A stretch of DNA of 64,000 bases from Octopus sinensis (Eukaryota). Shown piece after piece: positions 21,080 to 36,356 of this stretch (the stretch's first letter is position 1; each line of letters begins with the position of its first letter). The notes beneath the pieces were generated by a model that made no database searches, was not told where the DNA came from, and saw only the letters and a list, made by a program, of their open reading frames with translations. The stretch covers positions 28,148,001 to 28,212,000 of the forward strand of contig NC_043003.1 in NCBI RefSeq assembly GCF_006345805.1. Direction: 5' to 3'. The position numbers were made by a program, and so were the translations under genes.

Positions 21080-23399
21080 TAGTGTAGTTGGTGCTGATTA
21101 TTTAATTTAAGGATCATTAAAAAGCTGATTGGAGTTAATAATGGGACGAAAATCGGTAGTTAAGAAGTAGTGCTAGTTTATTTAATGTAGATAGTCTTAA
21201 AAAGCTAATTAAAAATATCATGGGATGAAGCTAGAATATTTTTAATCAACGATTAGTATTAGGTTTTAATTTAGTTTTCTCTTGCCCGAAATAAAGAGTT
21301 CAATACGTTGTTAGTAGTGTTTGCTGGTTCCTGTACGTTTGTGCGCGCGCACACTTATATTATAAGTAGTTCCTTCTATGCTGTGTGTTTGTGTGCGAAC
21401 ACACATTTACAATGAATTGCCTCTAAGCCAGGTGCTTGCAAACGCGCACACACGTTTTATAATTAGTTCGGTTGAAGCTGTGCGCTTGTGCGCACGCACA
21501 TATTTTTCAATTAGCTCCTAAGTTATGCATCTGGGTATGTGCGAACATGTAACACAACTGGAAATGAGAAGGAAAATCTGTGTCCACAAAATTTTCATCA
21601 GGAATTGGATTTTTTTTTTAAATTGAAGAAATTTGAGCGATGGTTACTCGCATGGATGCACACACATGTTGCAAAGAAAGTCAAAATTTCCACATAATGC
21701 AAATTTCTGTGTACATCTCAGAAAAAAAAATATTAAAAAAACATTGGTTGTCTGTGTTAAGCTATTATGGTTATGTTACACATGTATAAATTAAATAATA
21801 AATAACGATGAAAAAAAAGTTTCTGCTTTTAATTACTGTTTTAATTTACTGTTCGTTTTTGTTTTGTTATATTATCTAAAAAAAAAAACCCGAAGCAAGA
21901 ACATAATTAAATGACGGTTGAAGCCACAGGAAATAATAATATCTCTTTGTTTAATGTATTGGAAAATTATCACAGATTGACTTGCTTGCCTTCGAATGAT
22001 ATATGTAATCTATCTACAACAATTTCCTGTAACATGAAGCTAATAAATAAATTATTTCTTACTTTTTCTGGAGGTGAAAATGTCGCTTTCGTATGTTGAA
22101 GTAGTCATGTTTTTATCTATTTCCTGTGCAAGATTCAAAAAGCTATAAATTTGTAGTTTGCACAAGTATGAAATTATAAATGTCGCCATGGATCTATTAG
22201 ATAAATTCTGTCATCTCTCTCTGCAACTTACTAGTCACTGCTGATTCGTACTAGCGATAATGATATAAAAAATGTTTCAAAATATTCAACGTTGTTACTT
22301 CCATCTTTTCTCTGTTGAGAGAACGATTGCTAAAACAAGTGAGACCACATCTTCGTCATCCTTATCAATATTTTCTATTGGTCTCGTTGCATTATTTATA
22401 TGCCAGGTAACCAGCTCGTCGTCTGTTGGTATGATGTAAAAACTCTTGATCAACACCGTGGGTAATATACTCTTCAAACTGTTCTCCCGTTGCCTTGAAC
22501 TGAGGGGTTACCTCACCTTATTTAGCGGGAGCACATCTACAACAGTAAAACCAGTTTTTTTTTGTTGTTTAGAAACAACTGATGAGTATGGAATTCTTAG
22601 GACCTGTAACTAAATGAATACTAGCGTACTTCAAAACTATGGTAAATATCTGTACCGTTTCTTTGCACTACACTTTCTTTTACGAGTCATCAGTAACACA
22701 TTGTAAAATGCAGACTAATTTTTTTATGAACTCTTGCTTTCTCTTTATCAATTTCAGAAACTAACGCTTAGCTCTAAGTCACTTTCGTTTTAATCAGTTC
22801 ACTTTACTCGACAACAACGCAAAAATGCAGCTTTGTATGGTTTAGCGACACCAAATACAAAATTGCAAAGAAATTTAGCAAAACAGGATATGGTGACGAT
22901 ATTGACAGACAGGACCATGAAAACGAGTGAAGTGGCAAACAAACAAAAATATAATGAAAAAATATAAACAATTACTATAAAACAGGATATGATGACGAAA
23001 TCAGAATATAAAGAAAAGACAATCATCAAATTGACCAATGAAATACGATAATATGTGAGTGATCAAAACGATATTTACTAAATACAAATAGCAACGGCAT
23101 GACTGACCAATGATGACAGAACAACATAGAAATTAGCGAATGAAAAGGGGAGGGAACACCTCCATAAAGTAACATTTTAGAAACAGGTTTATGAAAGAAA
23201 TATACAAACCAGCTCTAATCAATATAAAAGTAACTTGAAATACCCAACAAAAATAATTCTTCAGCTGATCACAGAAGTATGGTACAAGAACCGCAGAAAT
23301 AAAAGATTCTTATTTAAATAAGCAGTACATTCTACATAATTTATTAAATAATTTCATTTTCTTTTACTGACAAACTATTGCATTTAAATGTGCGCGCAT

Positions 23400-23692
23400 A
23401 TACACCAACAATTTTACATATTTCCATACCAAGACCTTCACGCATATGGTTACCTGTCTAGACATGCGCGTATATACTTAAATGATAAACTGCTGAAAAG
23501 GTTTATAGATTCTTACAGTTCCAGTGATGGCTTGGATCTGTAGTCTTCGAATCAGCTTTCTTGTTTCTGGCTTTGAGAAGCCTAATTTCTCAATATTGGT
23601 ACTAAGGCAGTGTGTTACATATCCCAGGACCCCAATAATTACAGGTAAAAACCTGTACTTGATATCTGTATTCTTGAAACTATATGCAAAGA
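23400..23692 (-). mobile_element. 3' end of an RLE-type (R2-superfamily) non-LTR element
   Basis: Minus frame KYRFLPVIIGVLGYVTHCLSTNIEKLGFSKPETRKLIRRLQIQAITGTVRIYK is a typical RLE C-terminus. It is truncated at (TATG)n. Confidence 0.65.
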
Positions 23693-23939
23693 ATGTATGT
23701 ATGTATGTATGTATGTATGTATGTATGTATGTATGTATGTATGTATGTATGTATGTATGTATGTATGCATGTATGTATGTACGTATGTATGTATGTACGT
23801 ATGTATGTAAATATACTGAAGATCGTCGATACTCTGTTACCCCATCCTACCATTATAGACCACTCGGACACCAACCAGAGACCAATACTACCACCAGCAT
23901 AAGTATGGAGCTAAGTAGCCCACCATCAATTCTACCACC

Positions 23940-23960
23940 ACTGGTACCACCACTGCATCT

Positions 23961-24052
<92 letters not shown>

Positions 24053-24880
24053 ACGCCATCACACCAAATTACACCTCAATTCCTATAATCCGCACCACCG
24101 TCTTTACTCCCACGCCAACACCTCTACTCCATTACCGACACCATTACATTCCACTCCTATCGCCACAACCTTAATCACCTGCACCACCATCGTCACCGCC
24201 GCCACAAGAATGACGACGGCCACCACCACTATCACCACCATCGCCATTGCCGTCACCACTACATCCACTACATCCCACCATCACCAACACCACCGCCATT
24301 ATCCACCACCACCACCACCACCACCACCACCACCACACCACCACCACCACCACCATTTTCGACCACCGCTACCACCACCGCTACAATCACCACCACACCA
24401 TCACCATAATCACCAGCATCATCACTACATCCACTACTTCCCACCATCACCAATACTACAACCATTACACTCCATCACCCCTACTACCACCGCCACCGCC
24501 GCCACCGCCGCCACCGCCGCCACCGCCGCCACCGCCGCCACCGCCGCCACTGCCGCCACCGCCACCACTGCCGCCACCGCCGCCACTGCCGCCACCGCCG
24601 CCACCGCCGCCACCGCCACCACCGCCGCCACCGCCACCACAGCCGCCACCGCCACCACCGCCGCCACCGCCACCACCGCCGTCGCCACCTTCACCACCTT
24701 CACCACCGCCGCCACCGAATACGCCGCCGCCACCGCGTCCGCCACCACCACCGCCGTCGCCACCTTCACCACCACCACTACCACCACCACCACCACCACC
24801 ACCACCACCACCACCGCCACCAACCCATTATTATTTCTCACCTCTCCTGCCGTCGCCGCCGCCACCCCCAACCACTAAAG
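23940..24880. repeat. (ACT)n/(ACC)n/(GCC)n trinucleotide-rich low-complexity block
   Basis: Direct reading. It yields only homopolymeric Pro/Thr/Ala ORFs. Confidence 0.85.
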
Positions 24881-25139
24881 TAACTATGTATGTGTCTACT
24901 TCTTCCTTCAAGTAATGAGATTTGTAAATCTACACCAAAGACTTGTTCTTTGTTCATTTCAAACTTTGAGACAGTTAATTGACGGAGCTGTTTTAGTTTA
25001 ATGACGTCACCAATATAATTATCTCCTCTCTCCAACACCATCATCACTCTCATTACTGTTCATTGATCACTGATTTGTGCAAATCAACAACTGCCTGCCT
25101 GTTCACCAGTCTATGTGCCGCTGTCGGTCTGTCAGCTGT

Positions 25140-26100
<961 letters not shown>

Positions 26101-26663
26101 TATCAAATGCTAAATTATCATAAAATACACCTCTCCAATAAATAACAAAGCTGTGCCAACATTCCCTAAACGTTATGCTAAACTTTTGAACCCGTTTCTT
26201 CTTCCTATCTCCAATTGATGTTTAGAATGTTAAAACCCATTTAATACGCCATTCCATTATCGCTAAAACTGCACAGGGCGTGCAAAGAGCCGTGATTAAT
26301 ATTCAATGCCATTCATTTCAACTGTCTTTATGTTCAAAATCGCTGGCAATCTTGGTCAAAGTATGTTTAGCTTGGTTTTGAGAGAAATATGAAAAATGCG
26401 CCGCAGAGTAATATGTTAAGACTGATAACGAAGACCTATGAGTAAAGGTGTTCCAGATGTGACTTTTACGTCTGATTCTATAGCTATTATGTCCAACAGG
26501 CCGTTAATTCGTTCCTCTCTACAGCGTTAGAAAGTCTTGCTGTAAGCAACACTTGTCCACGAGGTATTTCTGTTGCTTTTATATTTAATCTGTCTTTTCC
26601 GACTGGTTTGTATAGTAAACGGTAACATCTTTGTTTTCTTTCTTTCTTTCTTTCTTTCTTTTT

Positions 26664-26698
<35 letters not shown>

Positions 26699-27560
26699 GT
26701 GCTTTTGTGTGTATGTATGTATGTATTATGTATGTATGTATGTATGTATGTATGTATGTATGTATGTTCGTATGTACGTACGTACGTATGTATGTATGTA
26801 TGTATGTATGTATGTATGTATGTATGTATGTATGTATGTACGTACGTACGTATGTATGTATGTATGTATGTATGTATGTATGTATGTATGTATGTATGTA
26901 TGTATGTATGTATGGTTTTTTTTTATATAGTCTATATATAATATGTATACATACAGGAAGAATTTCGTACAGTTTCTTTCAAATAAATCTCGCTCACAAG
27001 GCATTCTCAGTAAAAAGAAAAAGAAGAAATTCCTAATATGTACCAGCTCAAACGCCAATTTAAATGTTACAGAAAGCGAAATTCTTAACCATAACACCAT
27101 GCCGTCCCGCTATTACAGTCGCTTAGTAACTTACAAACCGTCCTTTAAATGGTCAGTTTAAATGCTAAAAGGTTAAAGGCGGTTCAGCCAAACCGTGACT
27201 ATAATTTTTGACAGATATCTAGAAATATAAATGGGCCATAAGAGTGGCTGGTACAAAGTGACCGAGGGCATTTGAAATGATGTGCTACAAGTGAGTGATA
27301 CAGGTTTTCTGGTTGATTCGATAATCAAATGATTCAGTTCCTGAGAAGAACGGAACGGACCGAAATCTGTTGAAAAAGTGAGATGTCGAAAACTGCAATA
27401 TATTGTTTGACAAGGTTAGCAGTGCCCAAAACCTCTGTGCACTCACCTTTAAGAGCCATGTCAACAGGAAAAAAATGGGGATGAATATGGAGCGACAACA
27501 TCGAGGGCTAAACCAAAAGGACTCTGGTGGCCTGTACGGCTGCATCGCGAGAACACAGAG

Positions 27561-27970
27561 TATTCTTTTATTCTTTTATATGTTTCAGTCCAATGACTGT
27601 GGCCATGCTGGAGCACCGCCATTGTAATCATCTTTCCACTTTCCACCTTTGTCGGAGCGGCTGAAGGATGGAGTTCGATGCTACTGCCCTCTTTTGAGTT
27701 TCTTGCTTAGATATTGGCTCATCCGGGATCTCGGCGAGCCAGAGGTCAAGTTCACGTTTGAAAACGTCTACATCCACTCCATGGAGGCTCCTCAGACGCT
27801 TCGGCAGACAGTTAAACAACTGTGGGCCTTTGTAACCCAAGCTATTGCAGTACATCGTCCTTGCCCAAGATGAAGCAGTCGGCACAGTGGGGACAGCGCA
27901 GTGACGTCCTGTTCCTGGCCTGGTATAGCTCTTTATTCCAAAGTTTGGTACCAGTCCGTCCAGTATCTTT
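27561..27970 (-). mobile_element. CR1-group LINE 3' fragment (third subfamily)
   Basis: GLVPNFGIKSYTRPGTGRHC...NSLGYKGPQLFNCLPKRLRSLHGVDVDVFKRELDLWL aligns with the C-terminus of the 12938-14074 ORF. The 3' UTR is nearly identical to the SINE-B tail. Confidence 0.88.
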
Positions 27971-28516
27971 ACTTTTATTTATTGTCTTTTACTTGTCATT
28001 GAACTACGCCAGTCCTGGGCTACCGTCTTCAAGAGTTTTGTAAAAGAAAAGATAATAATAATTAAAAAATTTTAAGTCTAATATTTATTTCACCGATCTG
28101 TTTTGCCGAACCGCTTTACAAACAGTGTGTGGACAGTTACAAACACAAAAACACGCACACATACAGTTTTCGTGTACCGAATTCACTCATAAGGCATTGG
28201 TCGGTCTGAAGACATTTTCCCAAGGTAATGCGCAGTCGAACTAAGCCCAGTACCACGTGACTGCAAATCGACCTTCTTAACAACAAAGCTATGCTTGCGT
28301 CTTTCTTTTTCCTTTTAGCTTTTACTTGTTTCAGGCATTAGACCGCGGCCATACTGGGGCACCGCCTTGAAGAATTTTTAGCCGAATGAGTAGACCCTAG
28401 GAATTACTTTGAAGTCTGGTACTGATTCTATCGACCAGTTTTGCCGAACTGCTAGGTGACGAGAATGCAAACGCATCAACACCAGTTGTCAAATGATGGT
28501 CTCACACACACACACA

Positions 28517-28559
<43 letters not shown>

Positions 28560-28560
<1 letters not shown>

Positions 28561-28793
28561 TCTTCTATTCTTTTATTTGTTTCAGTCATTTGACTAATGC
28601 CATGCTGGAGCATCGCCTTTACTCAAGCAAATCGAACCCAGGACTTATTCTTTGTAAGCCTAGTACTTATCCTATCGGTCCGTTTTGCCGAACCGCTAAG
28701 TTACGGGGATGTAAACACACCAACATCGGCTGCCGTGCGATGTTGGAGGGGGGGACAAACAAAGATACACAAACACCCCCACACACATAAACG

Positions 28794-28851
<58 letters not shown>

Positions 28852-29020
28852 TACATATATACGACGGGCTTCTTTTGGTTCCCGTCTACCAAATCCACTC
28901 ACAAAGCTTTGGTCTGCCTAAGGCTATAGTAGAGGACACTTGCCCAAGGTGCTACGTAGTGGGACTGAACTCGGAACCATGTGGTTGGTAAGCAACCTAC
29001 TTACCACACAACCATTCCTG
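28560..29020 (-). mobile_element. SINE family B
   Basis: Full head and tail with internal (CA)n. Confidence 0.9.
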
Positions 29021-29022
29021 TG

Positions 29023-29211
<189 letters not shown>

Positions 29212-29218
29212 AAAAATA

Positions 29219-29463
29219 CAAAATGGGACAAGACCGCAAAACATCCAGATAGACGATACAAAGAAAACAAGGACGGGTCAATTGGAGTTTTGTTTCCTCA
29301 GTCGAGTTCCAGATTATCTTTGCAAAATCGGGTGATAATCTGGAACTCGATGAGGAAAGAAAACCCCGTCCTTGTTTTCTTTGTATCGTTTATCTGGATG
29401 TTTTGTTGTCTCTTTTTTGTATCACCTAACTGTCTGGATGTTTTGCGTTCTTGTCCCATTTTG
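29219..29463. repeat. ~245-bp imperfect palindrome
   Basis: Inner stem 29293-29318/29334-29358 is near-perfect; outer arms 29219-29252/29430-29463. Confidence 0.88.
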
Positions 29464-30308
29464 AGGGGGTACCCCCAAAATCCAGAATTTTGCAATGTTA
29501 TTTTATTCACTTAGTTTTACATGTTTACACTTTTATGGTCTTCAAAGTATCCTCCATTTGAAACAATGCATTGATCCAGGTGCGTTTTCCACTATTCGAA
29601 GCAGTGAAGTGATGCTTCTAACGCCTCCTTCGTTTTTTTTATTCACCTCTTCCACATCTGCAAATTCCGTATCATCAGCTTTCGTCACCAGTGATGACCT
29701 TCAGTCCGGAACAACTTCCAACTGTTCTTTCTGTGCACGATACACATTCAGTCGTGACTACTGTTGATCTTCCATGAGCAGGCGAGGCACAAATTTTGCT
29801 GCAATTCTTTTTATTCGCAATTCTTCGCTCAAAATTCGTTGACAGGGGTTCCGGACATACCAATCATATCAAGTTCGTCAGTTGTTCGGTGACGGTTCTC
29901 CAAGATCAGTTCATATATTTTCATGATGTTTTCTTTCGTTTGGGAGGTCAACGGTCGCCCTGAACAAGATTGGTCCTCAAACTACTCGCAAACTTGTCTT
30001 TTGCACATGGCAGCGGCCTAGTAAGCTGTTTGAGCATGACAAGTGTTTTGGCAGCCGTTTTTCCCAGTAAACACCTGCATTTTATGGAAGTACGCTGTTC
30101 CTTCGTTTCAGCCATCGTAAAAATCGACGAAAAGGGGAGAAGAACTGCTAAACAAAAACGAACCACGTGGTAGCACAACATCGCCCGACGATGTCGGTCG
30201 GCAAACAGATGCCTGAGGGTTGCATCAAGTGGCTTCTAGCGGCCAAAGCCTGAACTACGAAAGGTTTGTCCCACAGAAAACGTTTCCTGTTACTTATGGG
30301 TACCCTCG
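29463..30308 (-). mobile_element. Internally deleted mariner element
   Basis: Ends gagggggtacccccaaaa / gggtaccctcg-TA. Transposase remnants include MAETKEQRTSIKCRCLLGKTAA, KRIAAKFVPRLL, ITGDES and FADVEEVNKKTKEAL. Confidence 0.85.
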
Positions 30309-31484
30309 TATATATATATATATATACATACATACGGGCTTATTTCATTTTCCGCCTACAAAATCCACTCACAAGGCCTTAGTCGGCTTGAGGCTATAGT
30401 AGAAGGCACTTGACCAAAGCGCTACGCAGTGGGTCTGAACCCGGAACCATGTGGTCGGGAAGCAAGCTTCTTTATTTCATTATATTGGCTATAGGGCCTT
30501 ACACAGAAAAGGGAAGCTGCGCGTTGGACGTAGACATAATGTTATATGAGAGGAAAATGAAAATGATGATTAATAGGGGAAAAAACGACGCCCGCCGATC
30601 GATTTTTCCCGAGGATATTGATCTCTTGTGTATTGTTCATGAGGCAACAAACCTCTACACTGTTCACAATATTTAGTAACAAAAGGAACTTTCAATAACA
30701 CTGAGGCTTTTCAACCTCTAATCCATATCCCTCCTCAACATTGCTTGTGCCCGCATCCTCCACCATTACCCACGCCTCATTCAAGATCAAAGCGGGTGCC
30801 GTGTCGGCGTCGCCCGAGTACAAGCGATATTTCTCATTGAGTCCCTCCAGCCTATACGTCAGATAAAAGCTAATAATATCTTTTAATATTCTATGTTACG
30901 TCATTTTCCGAGTCGCATGTTTTGAAATAATTACAGGTATGGTAATGTTAAATATATTCAAGGGGGATAACTATTAAAATGAGTGCAAGTTACCTCCCAT
31001 GTGAATTTTCACGCAAATTATATCTAACAAATTTAAAAGAATGAAATAATTATCCAACATGAGTGGCGTCCCTTGGAAAATTTATTGCCTTTGACAATCG
31101 AAATATATCGGCGATGCCGTTTAATAGCATACAAAATAACGGTGTAACTCGGTTAGTTGTATATTCCTTTACTCAACTTAAGCTTAACAGTAAATCTTTT
31201 GAAGTCGTTGAGACAACATCTAGATGTTGTTATATTAGAAATCGTAACCAAATCTCCCTCAAACCACACGAAACAGTATAAAAAATAGAAGGTCGTGGTA
31301 TGCAATGCCCCAAAATGAGGGTGGTGGTGTTGGAAGACGAAATGTCTACCTTCACAAAGGTGTTCACCGAGGACTGAAGTGGGATTAAACAATCATAGCA
31401 ATAACACGACAATCCAGCTAAAGTTATTTTGTTTATTGCAAATATAAATATAATCAGTTTCGTTTAATCGCATAAGATCATTTT

Positions 31485-32010
<526 letters not shown>

Positions 32011-32417
32011 TTCTGAAAAAAAAAAAAAAAAAAAAAATGGCGAAATGTACTATCAAACGAAATATTTCTTCATGAAATGTTATTGCTTCTGACCTACGAG
32101 AAGGATAGAAATGTGGAGATGACTGTTAGTCGGTTATGTCGATCACAGTATTTGACGGTACTTCATTTTCCCGATCCCTAAAAATAAATTGAGTGGCAAA
32201 ATCAATTTCGGCGGTAATTCTCTGGAGTAGCTTACAATGTTCGACGGAAAATATATATGCAATTTATGTGGGTGTCTTTTCAAAACATTGTCTGGTTTAA
32301 AAAGCCACCTCAGATGCCATGATGGTTCTAAAGTGTAAGTACAAGAGGTGGTCAAACTCTGCATTAGGAGTAGACACCCACCATATATGCATGTATGTAT
32401 GTATGTATGTATGTATG

Positions 32418-32474
<57 letters not shown>

Positions 32475-32475
<1 letters not shown>

Positions 32476-34174
32476 AATTAGAAAGGTTTTTGGCCAGTAT
32501 TAGCCCAGGCCATGTCTAACTTAATAGCACCACCTGGCGAAGTCTTTCAGTTCAGGATTTGGGCACCAAGGCCCATTCGAGCAGAGAGTTATTGTTTGCG
32601 GAGACATATCCGGGTGTGGGTGGTTTGTCCGGTACTGTTTGAAGGAATTTGTCCAAAGACTTCTTGAATTTTGTGTGGTCAGTTTCTTTTTTGACGTGTC
32701 CTGGTGTAATGTTGAAGAGAGCGGGTCCAATTGAGGTGAAATAGTTGTGCCGTATTGTCGTTATGTGATGTGATTTAGATTTTTGTTGTGGACGGATGGC
32801 ACGTGGTCCAAGCCTTGGATGCATTTTGAAGGTGATGCCAGCATCATTCGGACAGTGCTGATGGAATATTTTCCACATCATACAGATAATGTAGCGTTCA
32901 CGGCGTCGTTGGAGTGAATACAATTTCAGCTTCTCTAGTCTACCCCAGTAGTCAAGGTCTGACATGCCATCTATCTTTTTTGTGATTGACCTTTGGGGAG
33001 CTTCAATTCTCATAATATTTTGTTTTGTGTAGGGAGACCACAGTGGACAGTAGTATTCAAGGTGGGGTCGGGCAAAAGTGGAGAAGAGAAGGATAATAGC
33101 GTGGGAATCTCTCGACTGGAAGGTTCTGAGAATCCAGGAACACATTCTGCGGGCCATGTCAACTTTGCTCTTATATGTGTAGCCCAGCTTATGTTGTTGT
33201 CCACTGTTACTCCCAGGTCTCTGATGTTGTTGGATGCCATGAGAATTTCTCCAGAAGGAAGAGAGTATGGGAGTTTCAGAGCGTCCTCCCTTTCAAAGTG
33301 GATCAGTTCGAATTTGTCTTCATTTAGCAACATGTTATTCTTTTCCGCCCATTGGACAACAGCCAGTAGGTCTGACTGAAGGTTTATTCGGTCATCCACG
33401 CCATTGATGACCTTCTGGAGCTTGGAATCATCAGCGAAGGTTCTGATGTTACTGTGTTTGATGGTGTCAGTAATATCATTTATGTAGATGATGAAGAGAA
33501 GTGGGCCCAACACAGTGCCTTGTGGGACACCACTGCTGACTTTGGCTGGGCTCGATTTGACTCCTTCGACAACAACATGTTGGGTTCTGTTAGACAGGAA
33601 GCACTTGATCCATTGCAGCAGCTTTCCAGTGACACCAATATTGGACAGCTTTCTCAGAAGGATCTTATGATCAACCCTGTCAAAGGCCTTGCTGAAATCA
33701 AGGTAGATGACATCAGTGTTGGAACCCTCTCCCAAGGCTCTCAAATGTCATCAAAATGATGTAGTAGCTGCGTCAGGCAATCTCTCCCATTACGGAATCC
33801 ATGCTGGTTGGGGTTCAGCATATTATGACTCTCAAGGAAGTGAGTCATACGCGATCTCAGCACCCTCTCAAATACCTTGATGGTATGAGAGGTGAGTGAG
33901 ATTGGACGGTAATTCACGGCAAGCGATTTGTTTCCTTTTTTGAAAACTGGGACAACAGACTGGGATAGAAGGTCTTCTGGTATATATCCAGCATCCAGTG
34001 AGTTCCGCCACAGATTGGCTAGAGGGGGTGCAAGTTGGTTTTGACACATCTTCAAGACAGGCGTGAAATTGTAATGATTTTGGGACGATAACTGCCGAGG
34101 AAAGAGCATGTTTATGTCTTGTTTGTAAATTTTCCATTCGTTTCTTTGTCGAGCTTTTGTTTAATTTTTGAAAC
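32475..34174 (-). mobile_element. CR1-group LINE, 5'-truncated RT region of a second subfamily
   Basis: ORFs 33741-34109, 33010-33744 and 32552-33157 give NYRPISLTS, QHGFRNGRDC, YLDFSKAFD, GVPQGTVLGPLLF, FADD and YSLQRRRERY. Flanked by (TA)n and (CATA)n. Confidence 0.93.
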
Positions 34175-34279
34175 ACATACATACATACATACATACATAC
34201 ATACATACATACATACATACATACATACATACATACGTACGTACGTACGTACATACATACATACATATGGTCTGGCTAC

Positions 34280-34321
34280 GCTGCATTGAAAAGGGGCAAT
34301 ACCCCGAAACGCGTCTGTAGC
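34280..34321 (+). ncRNA. Type I hammerhead ribozyme fold with U3:A8 core variant
   Basis: Stem I GCUGCA/UGUAGC (6 bp), core UUGAAAA, stem II GGGG-CAAUA-CCCC, GAAA, palindromic stem III ACGCGU, GUC cleavage site after 34315. Confidence 0.75.
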
Positions 34322-34515
34322 TGCCGGTCAAGTAGTGTGGAGCGACTGACCTCCCTTGTTCGAAGGTTATATGGATACAGTTTGTGTATCAAATAGCTAA
34401 CTTAAGGCGATGGCCTCATGGAGCTAATAAGCGGACAGCTTTATTCTTATTTTTATAAGAATGCCATATTAGTATGGCGATAACTATTATTATGCATATA
34501 TATACATATATATAG

Positions 34516-34546
<31 letters not shown>

Positions 34547-34573
34547 ATATGTATGTATATATACATATATATA

Positions 34574-34656
<83 letters not shown>

Positions 34657-34657
34657 G

Positions 34658-34707
<50 letters not shown>

Positions 34708-34728
34708 TATATATATTATATATATATA

Positions 34729-34760
<32 letters not shown>

Positions 34761-35194
34761 CACAAAGAGGTTGTTGGGTATCAGATTTCTTTACTAGATG
34801 TCAGTATTATTTACCCATGGTTAGGGAGAACAATGGCTAGAAACAGGGGACCTAGTTCTGTTTAAATATCATACTGTTAAAATTATATCCTCTTTCTTTT
34901 TTTCCTTCTTTTTCTCTGGCAGTTGATTTGATTTGGTTCTGTAGGGAATCACCCACCATTGTATGGGTGGTTCCCTACATCTTCAATCTATCAATCGAAC
35001 ATCTTCAATCTATCAATGCACATCTGAAAGAGTTGCAAGCCTGTAATAAATACATAAATGTATATAACCCATTATTCTTGACTATTTGAAATATATATAT
35101 ACACTCACATACATGTTTGAGGAGAAGCCGTCATAACTGTCCTAGATTTTTGTAATTTTAACATATTATTATACATCTTATTTCTTTACGTTTC

Positions 35195-35435
35195 CTTCTC
35201 GAGCCATGCCAGGCTGATAAGGACCGGTTTCCCGGATTCAGTAGAAGAAATTCCCCACCTGGATGGGACGCCGATCCGTCGCAGGATTACTCATTTTGCC
35301 AACTGAGTGGACTGGAGCAACGTGAAATGAAGTGTTTTGCTCAAGAACACAACGCATCGCCCGGTCCAGGAATCGAAACCACAACCTTACGATCATGATG
35401 CTGACGCCCTAACGACTAAGCCACGCGCCTCCACC
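35195..35435 (-). mobile_element. tRNA-headed SINE family C (CORE-like)
   Basis: ggaggcgcgtggcttagtcgttagg...ggtttcgattcctggaccggg head, followed by ttgagcaaaacacttcatttcacgttgctccagtccactcag. Other copies at 38025-38230(+), 38812-39055(-), 59195-59447(-), 58575-58740(+), 59460-59830(+, fragments). Confidence 0.88.
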
Positions 35436-35476
35436 TTGTTGTTATACTTCTAATAAGCTGACCTGCTAACTTTTGT

Positions 35477-36140
35477 TATACCAGACTGAAGATGATGGCT
35501 GTAACAGCACTTCGAATGCACGTGATCGAAGTTTGAACCTGATCGTGCCATTTTTTTGTGGCTTTACGGTATAAGTATGACCGCTCCACTAGCAATGTGC
35601 GCCAAAGAAGAACAAATAGCATTGACCTGATTTCTCTGGTCGGAAAGTGTTTCAAGAACAAAACTCTGTAGAGACCGTGCCACTTTACATATCTTGACAT
35701 TACGGTTTCAAACTCGATCGCAGGATGCGCAAGGGCAGCTCGGTACTCTGGCGGTTGAGCGAACGACAGAGGAACAGCTAGCATATTACATTTCAAGTGA
35801 AGTACGCAGACAAGATCAGGAATACCATCGTCCTAGTGAAAGCCAGTCTCCTTACATTCGTTGGTGGCTTTTAGCACAATACAGGGACAGTGCACTACCG
35901 CGTAGAAGTGTGTATGAGTGGATCGAGAAGTTTAAAAGTCACCGGACAATCGTGACGTACGAAGAGGAGCAGGACGCCCGTCAACCTCCACCATTCATGA
36001 GAATTTCAACACGCTCGAGAGATGATAATGGTGAACCAGAGAGTAATCATCGATGAGGTAGCTAGTACACTGCAGATGGTTCTAGCTATCAAATCGCCAA
36101 CGATGAGCTCGGTTTCTATAAAGTCTATGCAAGACATCCT
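35477..36140 (+). mobile_element. Mariner 5' fragment interrupted by an RTE piece
   Basis: MTAPLAMCAKEEQ...FLWSE (~35575-35645) resumes as LAQYRDSALPRRSVYEWIEKFK...GRPSTST after an RTE-derived insert at ~35650-35856. Confidence 0.7.
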
Positions 36141-36356
36141 ATGGTTATAGTATGAATGCCGAATGGACGATGACTGTGCAAATGTATAGCTTAAACTAAT
36201 GATATCAACATTGGACCACTTTCCTCAATAGGTTACTCTCCTGAGTTATGTGATCCAGCTCTGGTTAACAATATTTGATCTTTCTAAGCAATATTTAACC
36301 ACATTGTTGTACATCAGACATGTTGCTAATCGGACTGAGTATAGTATTCATCTTTA

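Noticed and set aside
22295-22540. Minus-strand 60-aa ORF, possibly a hAT-like transposase remnant
   Set aside because: No diagnostic motif was found, so it cannot be assigned.
23519-23645. + strand AG...GTAAAA-bounded open frame that looks like an exon
   Set aside because: The minus strand is clearly the C-terminus of an RLE-type retrotransposon, which explains the open frame.
26225-27560. Several exon-like segments (NVKTHLIRH..., AVNSFLSTALES..., GRISYSFFQ..., and a minus-strand gtgagt donor at 27446)
   Set aside because: The phases are not mutually consistent and no homology was recognised, so they cannot be supported without transcripts.
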